A DNA stretch of 64,000 bases. It comes from Bdellovibrionota bacterium. Its GTDB lineage: Bacteria; Bdellovibrionota; FAC87; UBA2466; JACKAF01. The stretch is taken from the NCBI GenBank assembly GCA_041391485.1, contig JAWKNY010000003.1:104360-168359 (forward strand), written 5' to 3'. Shown piece after piece: positions 1-10,141 of this stretch. A program made the position numbers and the translations under genes. The notes beneath the pieces are model-generated. The model saw only the letters and a list, made by a program, of their open reading frames with translations, did no database searches and had not been told where the DNA came from. The first letter of the stretch is position 1. The number at the start of each line of letters is the position of its first letter.

Positions 1-345
1 CAGAAGTGGCATGACATCAGCTTTTTCGTGGACAATCGAGAACGCATCCTGAATATCATCCGATACTTTGATCACAAAATCGCCCGCCTCTTCAATGCTC
101 AACAGATGGAAAACGTTGATGTGGTTCGGTACCGACCTGAAGTTAAAAAGCTTCTTCACGAAAGAGAAAGGCTCGCGAAGAAAATCGTAAAAATGGATCT
201 GGAGCTCATCTCCACCATCGATGAGATGAAATCGGAAACCATCGGCGAACTGAAGCGCTCGATGGATGCAAAACGCCAACTGAACTCCTTCAATGTTTCT
301 AGCGAACCGCTTCGTCCGACACGCAAACCTGGAAAAACGGCTTAG
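1..345 (+). CDS. hypothetical protein, 5' partial (frame open to window edge)
   Basis: ORF 28..345 has no upstream in-frame stop before position 1; mixed charged/hydrophobic composition; no recognisable motif. Confidence 0.3.
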   Translation, partial: QKWHDISFFVDNRERILNIIRYFDHKIARLFNAQQMENVDVVRYRPEVKKLLHERERLAKKIVKMDLELISTIDEMKSETIGELKRSMDAKRQLNSFNVSSEPLRPTRKPGKTA

Positions 346-499
346 TTGTCACGCCGCAAGAGTCAAAGCTTTGGCGCTTCGGAGGAATCTCTGACGCCAG
401 AGCTTAAAATCTCGCTAAAAACACCAACAATAATCCTGAATGAAGTGGCACGCCCTTTGCTCTTAGATAGAGGTACGGACCTTATTCCTCAGCCTCTCT

Positions 500-1556
500 A
501 TGACAACGCTCCACAAGCAACCGGTAGAACCGCTACTTGAACTTCTGCAATCTGCGGAACATGTTTCCGTGGAAGAAGTTTCCTCTTCCCAACCCTCTCA
601 ACGCACCTTCGTACTCAACATTCAGCCAAAGAACACGGGCACTCCCTCAGCCGCACCCGAAGCGGCTCCGCAATATAGCTGCGAGTACCTGATCGAGAAT
701 GCACGCCTCCTCCTGCAAAACGGGGACTTTCTGCTCGCCCAGAATCTCTATTCCCGTTTGCTGCAAAGCAATATTCAGGACGCCGAGGCACTCAAAGGTT
801 TGGGCATCTGTCTGCTTAAACTCGGCGACAGGCCCAAAGCCAAAAGTGCTTCGGGGCTCTGTGGGAGCTGCACGATAGCGAAGAGGCGCTCGTATGGCTT
901 GGCCAGTGCTACTCCAAGGAAGGCGACGATCGGCGTGCGATCCAGACCTTCGGGGGAATCCGTTCCTTGTCGTCGCTTAACGATGACGAGCGGTTTGAGG
1001 TGTTGAAGGAATCCGGTAATTGCTACTTCCGATTGGGGCGCGAAACGGAAGCGCGTGAAGCCTATCTGGGTGCGATGAAGGTTCGACCTGACTCCGTACT
1101 GCTGGAGGTGAATCTAGGCATGGTAGAGCTGCAGTGCCACCGCCTAGACGAGGCCGAAAAACACTTTCAGAGAGCGCTGGAGCTCGATTCCGGGTGCTCC
1201 AAGGGGTACAGCGGATTGGCCTTAGTCGCGCAGGAGCGCGAAGACTTTTTTGTTGCGGAAAAATATTTTACAAAGCGCTCGATCTGGATCCTCTCAACCA
1301 AACAGCGCTTTTGCAGCTTGTGGCACGGGCTCACCGTTGCGGCGAGTTTGCCTCGATTTCGGAACGTCTCAAGCAATTTATTTCCGCGGAACCTGACAAT
1401 GTCGACGTGAACTACGCGTTTGCTACCGTGCTTTTCAAGTGTAGCCGTTGGGCGGAATGCCGGGAAAGATTGCACGCAGCCTTGACCAAAGATCCGCATC
1501 ACCGGCCATCACAGAAACTGAATCGCGAACTCACACAAAACCGCCACCCGGCATAG
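500..1556 (+). pseudogene. TPR-repeat protein interrupted by two frameshifts (three overlapping ORFs 500..1006, 967..1410, 1134..1556)
   Basis: TPR-like 34-aa helical repeats (e.g. ARLLLQNGDFLLAQNLYSRLLQSN, NCYFRLGRETEAREAYLGAMKVRPD, AEKHFQRALELD, KIFYKALDLDPLNQTALLQL) continue across frame changes near 840-970 and near 1250. Confidence 0.5.
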
Positions 1557-1566
1557 GGGAGAGAGC

Positions 1567-2190
1567 ATGATACTAGTCAGCATCGACGACAAAAAGGCCG
1601 AAGTCCTCCCCCAAACCCCTCCCAGCTTGGAGGCTTTTGTGAATGGGATTGTTTCCAACTTGCCTCCCGATCGCGTGGTCACTGAGATTTTTTTGAATGG
1701 TTGCCGTCTTCCCGGCCTTTCACGCCTTTCGGGCTTCGAGTTTGAGTCGGTCGAGGATCTTCAGATCCGAACGGCCAGCAAGCGGATGTGGGCAGCGGAT
1801 GGGGTGGAAAATGCACTGCAGTCCATCCAGCGCCTGCAGCAGAGCTTCTTGAGAGCCACCGAAATATACCTTGAAGCCGACGCCGGAGAGGCGCGCGGCT
1901 GCCTTGCCCGTTGTGTGGACGGCGCTGAGAAGTTTCTGGAGACGATGTGCATCGCTCAGAATGTTCTCGATCTGGATTTTTCCAGTCTCAGTGTCGGAAA
2001 CTCCACGCTCCGACAAACTGAGCTTGAGCTAGTCGGAATTATTCGTCAGCTCAAAGATCCTGCGGTTCTGGCAGATGTCGATGCTGTCGCCGAGCGCGTG
2101 GAGTATGAACTGCTTCCCAATCTTCATGCCTGGAACGCCGCGCTAAAAAAGCTTCAAGAGCGCGCCAGCCGCAGCGTTCTGGAAGATTAA
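1567..2190 (+). CDS. hypothetical protein (207 aa)
   Basis: Clean ORF; RBS-like GGGGAGAG upstream; no recognisable family motif. Confidence 0.4.
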   Translation: MILVSIDDKKAEVLPQTPPSLEAFVNGIVSNLPPDRVVTEIFLNGCRLPGLSRLSGFEFESVEDLQIRTASKRMWAADGVENALQSIQRLQQSFLRATEIYLEADAGEARGCLARCVDGAEKFLETMCIAQNVLDLDFSSLSVGNSTLRQTELELVGIIRQLKDPAVLADVDAVAERVEYELLPNLHAWNAALKKLQERASRSVLED

Positions 2191-2343
2191 CCCCAACGCT
2201 TCCCCTACCACCCGCATCTATTTGTTAACGCTCCCTAGTCAGTCGCCTACATAGGGTTTGCAAAGCCTCCCCCCGTCTTTTAGTTTGTTCATGGGCCTAA
2301 AAACTCTGACTACATGCATTGTTTTTAGACGGGGCCAAGACAT

Positions 2344-3792
2344 TTGGGGGGACGCTACATGGCTAGGAAATACTTCTTTTTCTTTTTATTCCTTTTTTCA
2401 TCTTCGGTATTCGCGAAAAACCACTTGGTGGAACTGCGCGCGCTGAATGCGGAACTGCTCGCGGACTATCTGACAGAGCAAGGCTACGATATTCCGGGAC
2501 ACGTCGAAGCCACCGGTAAGGTGGATGTGGTCACCGAGAACCCCAAAGCGCTTGAGCAGTTGGCGGCCAGCTTGGCTAGCGACGCCAAATTGAAGTTCGA
2601 AGTCCGCCAGGTAACCCCGACTGAATCGTACAGAAACTTTGCGGGAACGGGCGTCGCTGACTTTCTTGAGTCTTACTACGATCGCGAGGAGAGTTTGAAG
2701 GTACTCCAAAGTTTGGAGCGCGATTACCCGGAGTACGCACGCGTCTACAACCTGAATGAGTGGTTGGGGCTTCCCAAAACGCCAGATGGCAACGCACTGT
2801 ATGCGCTCCAAGTCAGCGAGCGTCCTGGGGTAGTCGAAGACGAACCCAAGATGCTGGTGATTGGGCAGCACCACGCGCGCGAAGTGACCACTCATCACAT
2901 CGTGCTCGATTCTGCGACGGCATTGCTAAAAGGCGTGGCCTCGGGAGAAGAGAGTGCCAAGAAGTTTGTTAAGGATTCAGCTGTTTGGTTCGTGCCGGTA
3001 GTCAACCCGGACGGGCTACAGCACGTATTTGACGTGGATCGCATGTGGCGCAAAAACCGGGCGCGAAATAGCGATGGTAGCCGGGGAGTCGACCTCAACC
3101 GCAACTACGCCTTTAAGTGGGGGGCGTGTGGAATGAACTCTCCGATTGGCGCCAGTGAAGTTTTCAAAGGTCCCTCCGCGCAGTCTGAGGTGGAGGTCCA
3201 GGTGATGGACAAACTGAACGCGAAGCTTCGCGCCGAGTATGTGTTGTCTTTCCACAGCTACGGGAACGAGGTGCTTTACCCGTACCTTTGCGGCGATATG
3301 GCTGAAAGCGAGATCTACTACGGTCTGCGCGATCGGTTGGCCGACAAATTAAGCTACGGGATGCGGGTTGGAAGCGCCTCGGGTGAAGATTTCGAGCAGC
3401 ACTACGCGCGCTACGGAAGCTTGGCCTTTCTCATCGAAGTAGGGACCACGTTCCAGCCTTCTTTTGAGACTTACAAGCAGACGATTTGGCCGACCATCGG
3501 AAAAGCGGTGCCGTTTATCTTGTCCGAAATGCACAGTGCCTTTGTCCATATACAAGTGGTGGATGGGGCGACCGGCACGCCGCTGGAGGCGAAGCTGGAC
3601 CTTGAGGAAATCGATTTCAAAGAAGGGGAAACTCGATCGACCGACGCCTTCGGCAGTTATCGGTGGCGGTTGAGCCCTGGAACGTACTCGCTGTCAGTAG
3701 AGCGCGACGGCTACAAAACCAAGACTGTTCCCGTCGTCGCTTCGGGTCGGGTCGACAAGCTTCGAATAGAGTTGGAAAAGGCGGGCCGTTAA
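2344..3792 (+). CDS. secreted M14-family zinc carboxypeptidase with C-terminal carboxypeptidase-regulatory-like beta domain
   Basis: N-terminal signal peptide (KYFFFFLFLFSSSVFA); M14 zinc-ligand/catalytic motifs HAREVTTHH, NRNYAF, SFHSYGNEVLYPY; C-terminal IQVVDGATGTPLEAKL ... GTYSLSVERDGYKTKTV resembles CarbopepD_reg. Confidence 0.7.
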   Translation: MGGRYMARKYFFFFLFLFSSSVFAKNHLVELRALNAELLADYLTEQGYDIPGHVEATGKVDVVTENPKALEQLAASLASDAKLKFEVRQVTPTESYRNFAGTGVADFLESYYDREESLKVLQSLERDYPEYARVYNLNEWLGLPKTPDGNALYALQVSERPGVVEDEPKMLVIGQHHAREVTTHHIVLDSATALLKGVASGEESAKKFVKDSAVWFVPVVNPDGLQHVFDVDRMWRKNRARNSDGSRGVDLNRNYAFKWGACGMNSPIGASEVFKGPSAQSEVEVQVMDKLNAKLRAEYVLSFHSYGNEVLYPYLCGDMAESEIYYGLRDRLADKLSYGMRVGSASGEDFEQHYARYGSLAFLIEVGTTFQPSFETYKQTIWPTIGKAVPFILSEMHSAFVHIQVVDGATGTPLEAKLDLEEIDFKEGETRSTDAFGSYRWRLSPGTYSLSVERDGYKTKTVPVVASGRVDKLRIELEKAGR

Positions 3793-3844
3793 ATCCAGGC
3801 CGTTTTTTCTTGCCTCTTTTTTACAAACCATTACTGTCCAGGGC

Positions 3845-5317
3845 ATGCCGAATGCGATGCCCTGGACAGCACTTGTTCCTGCCAATCTAATTTTAGCTTC
3901 CAAGCTGGAGCCCACTGCGCGGGTACACGGCCTTACGTGTGACTCCAGGGCGGCGAGTCCGGGAGTCTTGTTTTTTGCTATTCCCGGAACGCGTCAAGAT
4001 GGTCATTCCTTTCTTGCTGAGGTGGTAGCCAAGGGTTCGTTTGCGGTCGTAGAGAGAGGAGACGCTTTTGCGGCGCACCCCAATGTGCTGCGTGTGGCAT
4101 CTTGTCGCCGGGCTTTTGCTCTGGCTTGCGCGGCCTGGTTTCAGAATCCGAGTTCGCACTTTCATCTGGTCGGGTTGACCGGTACCAACGGCAAGACAAC
4201 GACGGCGCATCTGTGTGAGCAAGTATGGGAGGCTTTGGGGTTTCAGACGGGTAGGTTAGGGACCGTCAACTATAAGGTCGGGAGCAAAACTCTGGAATCC
4301 TCCTTAACGACTCCAGACGCGTATACGATACAGTCGCTTTTTTCCGAAATGCAGAAAGAGGCGGTCAACTTTGCCGTGATGGAAGTCTCTTCGATAGCTT
4401 TGGATCAAGAACGTGTGACGGGGAGTCAGTTTGCTGCCGCCTTGTTTACCAACCTCACTCAAGATCATCTGGACTATCACGGGGACGTAGAGAGTTACTT
4501 CGCCGCAAAGCAAAAGCTATTCTCGGAGTTGCGGCCCGGCTTTGCCGCGATCTGTACAGAGGACGCTTACGGAAAGCGGCTCCAAAACCAATCCTACCCC
4601 GTCTACACCTTTTCTCGTCTGGATCCGAACGCCGATTTCTACGCGCACGATCTGGAGTGTGATCTGACAGGAAGTCGGGCGCGGGTCAAAACTCCCAGCG
4701 GAACGATCGATCTTCAGCTCAGTATTCTCGGAAGCCACAACATCATCAACGCTCTTGGAGTCCTGGCTTTGTGCCACGGGCTTGGGCTTGAAGTGGAGGC
4801 CGTGGCGGAAAAGTTGGCGGAGGCTCCTGGCGCTCCCGGCCGGCTGCAATCTGCTGGAATGAAAGACAAGGCCCACGTCTTTGTGGATTATGCCCACACC
4901 CCGGATGCCCTTCTGAATGTCCTGCGCCTGTTGCACGAGGTACGCGGCAAGTCGGGTGGCAAGTTGTTTTGTGTTTTTGGCTGCGGCGGGGATCGCGACA
5001 AAGGAAAGCGCCCCCTCATGGCGCGTGTTGCCTCCGAATGGAGCGATGTCTGCATTGCGACTTCAGACAATCCCAGAACCGAGGATCCCGACGCTATTCT
5101 AGATGATATGGAAAAGGGCATCATCCCCAAAGCCGCCGAGTATAAGCGCGAGGTAGATAGGCGCAAAGCTATCGCTCTCGCTCTCTCCTTGGCGCAGCCT
5201 CGTGATATTGTGCTCATTGCCGGCAAGGGCCACGAGAACTACCAGATTCTGGGCACTACAAAAATCCATTTTGACGATGTGGAAGTCGTGAGGACTATTA
5301 CCAAATCTAATGTTTAG
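3845..5317 (+). CDS. murE: UDP-N-acetylmuramoyl-L-alanyl-D-glutamate--2,6-diaminopimelate ligase
   Basis: Mur ligase P-loop GLTGTNGKTTT; MurE signature DNPRTEDP; 490 aa; 8-nt overlap with downstream murF. Confidence 0.9.
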   Translation: MPNAMPWTALVPANLILASKLEPTARVHGLTCDSRAASPGVLFFAIPGTRQDGHSFLAEVVAKGSFAVVERGDAFAAHPNVLRVASCRRAFALACAAWFQNPSSHFHLVGLTGTNGKTTTAHLCEQVWEALGFQTGRLGTVNYKVGSKTLESSLTTPDAYTIQSLFSEMQKEAVNFAVMEVSSIALDQERVTGSQFAAALFTNLTQDHLDYHGDVESYFAAKQKLFSELRPGFAAICTEDAYGKRLQNQSYPVYTFSRLDPNADFYAHDLECDLTGSRARVKTPSGTIDLQLSILGSHNIINALGVLALCHGLGLEVEAVAEKLAEAPGAPGRLQSAGMKDKAHVFVDYAHTPDALLNVLRLLHEVRGKSGGKLFCVFGCGGDRDKGKRPLMARVASEWSDVCIATSDNPRTEDPDAILDDMEKGIIPKAAEYKREVDRRKAIALALSLAQPRDIVLIAGKGHENYQILGTTKIHFDDVEVVRTITKSNV

Positions 5318-6731
5318 CTGGGTAAAACTTGCTCACCTTGCCAATTGGTCCGACGCTAAATGCGCGGGTGAATTCTCCAAAGAGCAGACGGTTCGCGCCC
5401 TATCCACGGATACGCGCTCTTTACAAGCTGGCGACGTGTTCGTAGCGCTACGCGGCGATCGTTTCGACGGCCACGATCACACCGCGGAGGCTGCTGCGAA
5501 GGGGGCCGTCGCGGTTATCGCTGAGCGCCAGACTGAAGCCTCTATCCCACACTTCATCGTGAAAGACTCGTTGCGCGCTTTGGCAACCATCGGCGCCCGT
5601 TTGCGGGATCGCTTTCAGGGAAAGGTCGTCGGCGTCACAGGGTCTGCGGGAAAGTCGTCTACGAAGGAAATGGTAGCCGTTTTTTTGGGTGACAGGACGG
5701 TCAAGTCTCCGGCCAGCTTTAATAACCTGCTCGGGGTTTCTAAGACTTTGACGCTGGTAGAGGATGACACCCAGTTCTTGGTTCTTGAGATGGGAATGAA
5801 CGCGCTCGGGGAAATCCGCGAACTCTGCCAGTACTTTCGCCCTCAGGTGGGACTCATCACAAATATTGGTGACGCCCACGTTGGCAAACTGGGGAGCGTT
5901 CGCAAAGTTTTTGAAGCGAAAAAGGAAATGTTCGATTTTTTGGCGTCTCAAGAATCGACTTTGGGAATCGCCCTCAACAAGGGGCACGCCCGTGTCATGG
6001 AAGCATACGGTCTCGCCTTTTCGGGGAAGAGCGTGAATACCGTCAGCTATTGCGTCGCTGGCGATGAGGATCGGGTGGACGTGCGAGTCTACGACGTAGC
6101 GATCGATCCGCAAACGGCCAAGCTGAATCTCAAGATCCAGATGAGGCAGGAAAGCCTAGAGGCTTCGCTTCCTATTTTTGGTAGCCACCACGCAGAAAAT
6201 ATTGGAGCCGCGATTTCAGTGGCCCTTTTATTTGGTATTCCCGTGGAGCAAATCCGAGAGAGGCTTCAGGGAATTCGTCCCGCCACCCACCGGGGCGAAA
6301 TCGTCCCGTTGAGCGAGGGGACCGTGCTCATCGACGAGTCCTACAACTCCAACCCGACCGCTTTGCGATCTTCGTTGGAGAGTGTTTCCAAATTGGATAA
6401 GAGCCGGCGGAAACTGCTGATCCTGGGGGACATGTTGGAGTTGGGCGAGTTTGAGAGCGAGTACCACCGCAAAGTAGGCGGGTCGCTCGCCGAGTTGTTT
6501 TCCGGGCACCCACTCGCGTTCCTAGCCGTCGGCCCCTGCATGGCGGTGGCAGCAGAGGAATTGCGCAAACGGGCGCCCAAAGCAGAGATTTTGCCGGTAA
6601 AGGGTGTGGACGAGGCAATCGAGCGGCTCCAGGAGGCTCACCGTCCTGGGGATGTGGTGCTCGTGAAGAGTTCGCGTGGTGGAAATCTGGATAAACTGGT
6701 GGACGCGATGCGCCGCAATGCTGCGCGTTGA
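5310..6731 (+). CDS. murF: UDP-N-acetylmuramoyl-tripeptide--D-alanyl-D-alanine ligase
   Basis: Mur ligase P-loop GVTGSAGKSSTKEM; typical 473 aa; position between murE and mraY. Confidence 0.9.
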   Translation: MFSWVKLAHLANWSDAKCAGEFSKEQTVRALSTDTRSLQAGDVFVALRGDRFDGHDHTAEAAAKGAVAVIAERQTEASIPHFIVKDSLRALATIGARLRDRFQGKVVGVTGSAGKSSTKEMVAVFLGDRTVKSPASFNNLLGVSKTLTLVEDDTQFLVLEMGMNALGEIRELCQYFRPQVGLITNIGDAHVGKLGSVRKVFEAKKEMFDFLASQESTLGIALNKGHARVMEAYGLAFSGKSVNTVSYCVAGDEDRVDVRVYDVAIDPQTAKLNLKIQMRQESLEASLPIFGSHHAENIGAAISVALLFGIPVEQIRERLQGIRPATHRGEIVPLSEGTVLIDESYNSNPTALRSSLESVSKLDKSRRKLLILGDMLELGEFESEYHRKVGGSLAELFSGHPLAFLAVGPCMAVAAEELRKRAPKAEILPVKGVDEAIERLQEAHRPGDVVLVKSSRGGNLDKLVDAMRRNAAR

Positions 6732-6927
6732 CGCTCCGCTGGATCGGGGACAAGCCACTTTAGCAAGCCAACAATAACTTGCAACTTTGAGGTTGCTCCC
6801 CCTGACTTTCAAGTAAGTCTGGGTCGGGATAAAAGAGATAGAAGGCCGTGTTATATCATCTTTTCTATTCGTTTCACGACGTAGTGCCTGGCTTTAATGT
6901 TTTTAGATACATTACCTTCCGGGCGCT

Positions 6928-7923
6928 ATGCGCGGGACTGACAGCTTGGTTCTGAGTTTTGCTCTAGGGCCTTTGTTTATTCGGGTTCTCGCGAACCGCC
7001 AGATTGGGCAAACCATTCGGGAGGATGGTCCCCAGTCCCACTTGAAGAAGCGGGGCACGCCGACAATGGGCGGCCTGCTGATTCTGATGACCGTGGTGGT
7101 CTCCACCTTATTATGGGCGGATCTCACCAACCGTTACATCTGGCTTGTGCTGGCTGTAACCATCGGTTTTGGTTTTGTTGGCTGGCTCGACGATTACCTG
7201 AAGATAAAAGAGCACAACTCAAAAGGACTCTCGGAGAGAGCCAAGATGGTGTTCCAGACACTGATCGCTGCGGCGGTCGTTTGGTACCTGCTCTCTTATT
7301 TGGGAATCGATACGGTGCTGTATGTACCGTTCTTTAGAGGGTTCACACCGGAGCTGGGCTGGCTTTATTTGCCCTTTGCTTGGTTTGTTATTGTGGGAAC
7401 GTCAAATTCTGTGAACTTGACCGACGGCCTGGACGGCTTGGCGATCGGTCCAATCATCAGCACAGCCGCCACGTTTGCGCTGCTTTCTTATTTGGCAGGG
7501 CACTCCAAGCTCGCGGCCTACCTTTATATTCCGTATGTTTTGGATGCGGGAGAACTTTCGATTTTTTGCGGGGCGATGGCCTGCGCCGGTATTGGCTTTC
7601 TTTGGTTCAATACGTACCCCGCGCAAGTTTTTATGGGTGATGTGGGGGCCTTGGCGTTGGGTGGTGCAATCGGAACGGTGGCACTGGTCACCCAGAACGA
7701 GCTGCTTTTGGTGATCGTGGGAGGAATTTTTGTCATGGAGGCAGTTTCCGTTATTACACAACGGATCTCCTACAAAATGACAAAGAAGCGTGTCTTTAGA
7801 ATGGCACCCATCCACCACCATTTTGAGTTATCTGGGTGGGCGGAACCGCAAGTGACGGTCCGTTTTTGGATCATATCGATCATTCTCGCCATGTTGGCTT
7901 TGGCGACGTTGAAATTGAGATAG
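6928..7923 (+). CDS. mraY: phospho-N-acetylmuramoyl-pentapeptide transferase
   Basis: Polytopic membrane protein; conserved blocks [47 protein letters not shown]. Confidence 0.9.
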   Translation: MRGTDSLVLSFALGPLFIRVLANRQIGQTIREDGPQSHLKKRGTPTMGGLLILMTVVVSTLLWADLTNRYIWLVLAVTIGFGFVGWLDDYLKIKEHNSKGLSERAKMVFQTLIAAAVVWYLLSYLGIDTVLYVPFFRGFTPELGWLYLPFAWFVIVGTSNSVNLTDGLDGLAIGPIISTAATFALLSYLAGHSKLAAYLYIPYVLDAGELSIFCGAMACAGIGFLWFNTYPAQVFMGDVGALALGGAIGTVALVTQNELLLVIVGGIFVMEAVSVITQRISYKMTKKRVFRMAPIHHHFELSGWAEPQVTVRFWIISIILAMLALATLKLR

Positions 7924-7942
7924 TGCTAGGGAGAGAGAAGAG

Positions 7943-9328
7943 ATGGTAAAAATTAAGAAGAATATGCGCGTCCTGGTTGTGGGGATGGGCAGAACGGGAG
8001 TGGCTGCCACCAAGCTGCTCTGCAAAAAAGGCTGTAAAGTAACCGTTACCGACGAGCTGAATAAGACCGACCTGATGGAATCTATCGAGGCTCTAGAGGG
8101 TTACAAATATAAGGCGGAGCTTGGGAAGCACGTTTTAAAGACCTTTTGCGATCAGGATTTGATTGTCGTGAGCCCCGGAGTGTCCTTGGACATCAAGCCT
8201 CTGCGGCAGGCCGAACGCTCGAAGATTCCCATCATCAGTGAAGTGGAACTTGCGAGTCTTTTTATCAATAAGCCCATTATCGCCATCACCGGAACCAATG
8301 GGAAAACGACGACCTCCACGCTTATTGCTGAAATGATCCGCGCGGTAGGGAAGACAGCTTTCTTGTGTGGCAACGTCGGCCAGCCGATCTCGGATTACGT
8401 CAGCAAGCGGGATCGCAGTGATTTTATCGTGCTTGAGATCAGTAGCTTTCAGCTCGAAACCACGCACACGCTTAAGCCAGCAGTTTCGGTCATCCTGAAC
8501 TTGGCGCCGGATCATCTGGATCGCTACAGCAGCTACGAAGACTACATTGAAGCGAAGATGCGTTTGGTCAAGAACCAAACCGAAGACGATCACGTGGTCA
8601 CCAACCTTCGGGATCACAAGCTGATGAGCTTGCTCTCGAATGTGAAGCCCAAGGTATTGTATTTCACGACGGATGCGCTTTCGAAGATTCCGGTGCAGTA
8701 CACGGAGCGCTTTCAGGGCATGTTCTTGTCTCCGCCTACCGTGATGCATTTGAATGCCTCGCGCTGGAAGGAACACGAATTTGATCTGACGACTCTATTG
8801 CTACGCGGGCTTCACAATAAAGAAAACGTGATGGCAGCGGCTTTGGCGGCCAAACTCGTCGGCGTTTCCAATGAAGCGATTCAAAAGGTGATTGCGACCT
8901 TCCAACCCTTGCCCCACCGCATGGAGTTTGTGGCACGCAAGAACCAGGTCAACTTCTACAACGATTCCAAAGGTACCAACGTACATTCCTTGATGCGTTC
9001 GCTGGAGAGTTTCCGTGAGCCCGTCATCCTGATTGCGGGTGGTAAGGATAAGGGTGAGGAGTACGAAGTACTCGAGCACTCGATTCGTAACCATGTGAAG
9101 AACCTGATCCTTGTGGGCGAGGCGAAGGAAAAGATTAACCGCGCGGTCGGAGATTTTGCGGAAACTTTCCTGGTCGGAACTTTCGAGGAAGCCGTTTACC
9201 TGGCGTACCAAAAGGCACGCTCCGGCGATGTCATTTTGCTTTCGCCCGGTTGCGCCAGCCAGGACATGTTCAAGAACTTTGAAGAGCGTGGCGATCGCTA
9301 CAAAGCGCTTATCAACATGTTCCCCTAA
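7943..9328 (+). CDS. murD: UDP-N-acetylmuramoylalanine--D-glutamate ligase
   Basis: N-terminal Rossmann VLVVGMGRTG; Mur ligase P-loop ITGTNGKTTT; 461 aa. Confidence 0.9.
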   Translation: MVKIKKNMRVLVVGMGRTGVAATKLLCKKGCKVTVTDELNKTDLMESIEALEGYKYKAELGKHVLKTFCDQDLIVVSPGVSLDIKPLRQAERSKIPIISEVELASLFINKPIIAITGTNGKTTTSTLIAEMIRAVGKTAFLCGNVGQPISDYVSKRDRSDFIVLEISSFQLETTHTLKPAVSVILNLAPDHLDRYSSYEDYIEAKMRLVKNQTEDDHVVTNLRDHKLMSLLSNVKPKVLYFTTDALSKIPVQYTERFQGMFLSPPTVMHLNASRWKEHEFDLTTLLLRGLHNKENVMAAALAAKLVGVSNEAIQKVIATFQPLPHRMEFVARKNQVNFYNDSKGTNVHSLMRSLESFREPVILIAGGKDKGEEYEVLEHSIRNHVKNLILVGEAKEKINRAVGDFAETFLVGTFEEAVYLAYQKARSGDVILLSPGCASQDMFKNFEERGDRYKALINMFP

Positions 9329-9351
9329 AAGGTACCACGTTCCTTTTTTTA

Positions 9352-9387
9352 CAGCCCTGTGGATAACTCCACGGGGCTTTTTTTTCT
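9352..9387 (+). terminator. rho-independent terminator after murD
   Basis: GC stem GCCCUGUGG-AUAACU-CCACGGGGC (one G.U pair) followed by T9 run. Confidence 0.6.
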
Positions 9388-9449
9388 CAAAAAATACGCA
9401 CCTTTGGAACGCTCGCTCCGCGTCCCCCTCGCGTTTTGCTTGCCCGACT

Positions 9450-9478
9450 CTTGACTATTTTTGAGGCGTTCCCACTTT
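9450..9478 (+). promoter_or_regulatory. possible sigma-32 (heat-shock) type promoter upstream of hsp20
   Basis: cTTGACT - 14 nt - CCCACTTT resembles sigma32 consensus CTTGAAA-N13-15-CCCCATNT; located about 60 nt upstream of the Hsp20 start. Confidence 0.2.
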
Positions 9479-9537
9479 ACAACTGAGAGACAAAAGCCGC
9501 CAACGAAGGCGGGCAAAACATTTTTAGGAGGTCTGAC

Positions 9538-10013
9538 ATGACACGTTTGAGCCTATTTAACCCGAGCCGAAACCTTTTTACTGACTTCGATCGCTTTTTT
9601 GAAGATCCCTTTGAGGGTTACACACGCGGTCGCGCGCAGTTTAATCCCGAAGCGGATGTCGAAGAAAGCGAACGCAGTTATCTACTAAGCTTTGATCTTC
9701 CTGGTCTTGGCAAAGAAGACGTTCACGTACAAGTTGAGGGAGACACCCTCACGGTTACGGGAGAGCGCAAGTGGGAAGACAAAAGGATGGCAGTAACTTC
9801 CGACACAGTGAACGCCGTTACGGAAAATTTACTCGCTCCTTCCGTCTGCCTCAGGACGTAGATGCTTCAAAGATTGAAGCCGTTCACAAAGATGGCGTAC
9901 TGCAGATTGCGGTTCCCAAAGTGGAAGCGGCCAAGCCCAAGAAGATCGAAATCCGCGACAGCGGAAACTTTGAAAAGTTGTTCAGCCACAAAACTGAGAA
10001 AGCAGCAGTTTAA
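9538..10013 (+). pseudogene. Hsp20/alpha-crystallin small heat-shock protein with one frameshift (ORFs 9538..9861 and 9771..10013)
   Basis: N-part ...LSFDLPGLGKEDVHVQVEGDTLTVTGERKWEDK and C-part ...RRYGKFTRSFRLPQDVDASKIEAVHKDGVLQIAVPK are both canonical ACD blocks; they join if one A is added to the A4 run at 9781-9784. Confidence 0.6.
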
Positions 10014-10022
10014 CTCCTCTTA

Positions 10023-10115
10023 GGTACCCGCTTCCGAAACTCCAGGCCCCTCTGGACTCAGGGAAGCGGGTACCCCTCCAAAAGGGTGTGATGCCCCGAT
10101 AAGGTCTCACACCCT
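10023..10115. terminator. two hairpins between convergent hsp20 and wecB (bidirectional terminators)
   Basis: Perfect 13-bp inverted repeat GGTACCCGCTTCC...GGAAGCGGGTACC (10023-10074) and 9-bp inverted repeat AGGGTGTGA...TCACACCCT (10083-10115). Confidence 0.4.
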
Positions 10116-10141
10116 CTCTCCATTTGTGCGCTTAAGAGAAT

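Noticed and set aside
5448-6113. 221-aa minus-strand ORF
   Set aside because: Antisense to murF, which has unambiguous Mur ligase motifs
8135-8776. 213-aa minus-strand ORF
   Set aside because: Antisense to murD
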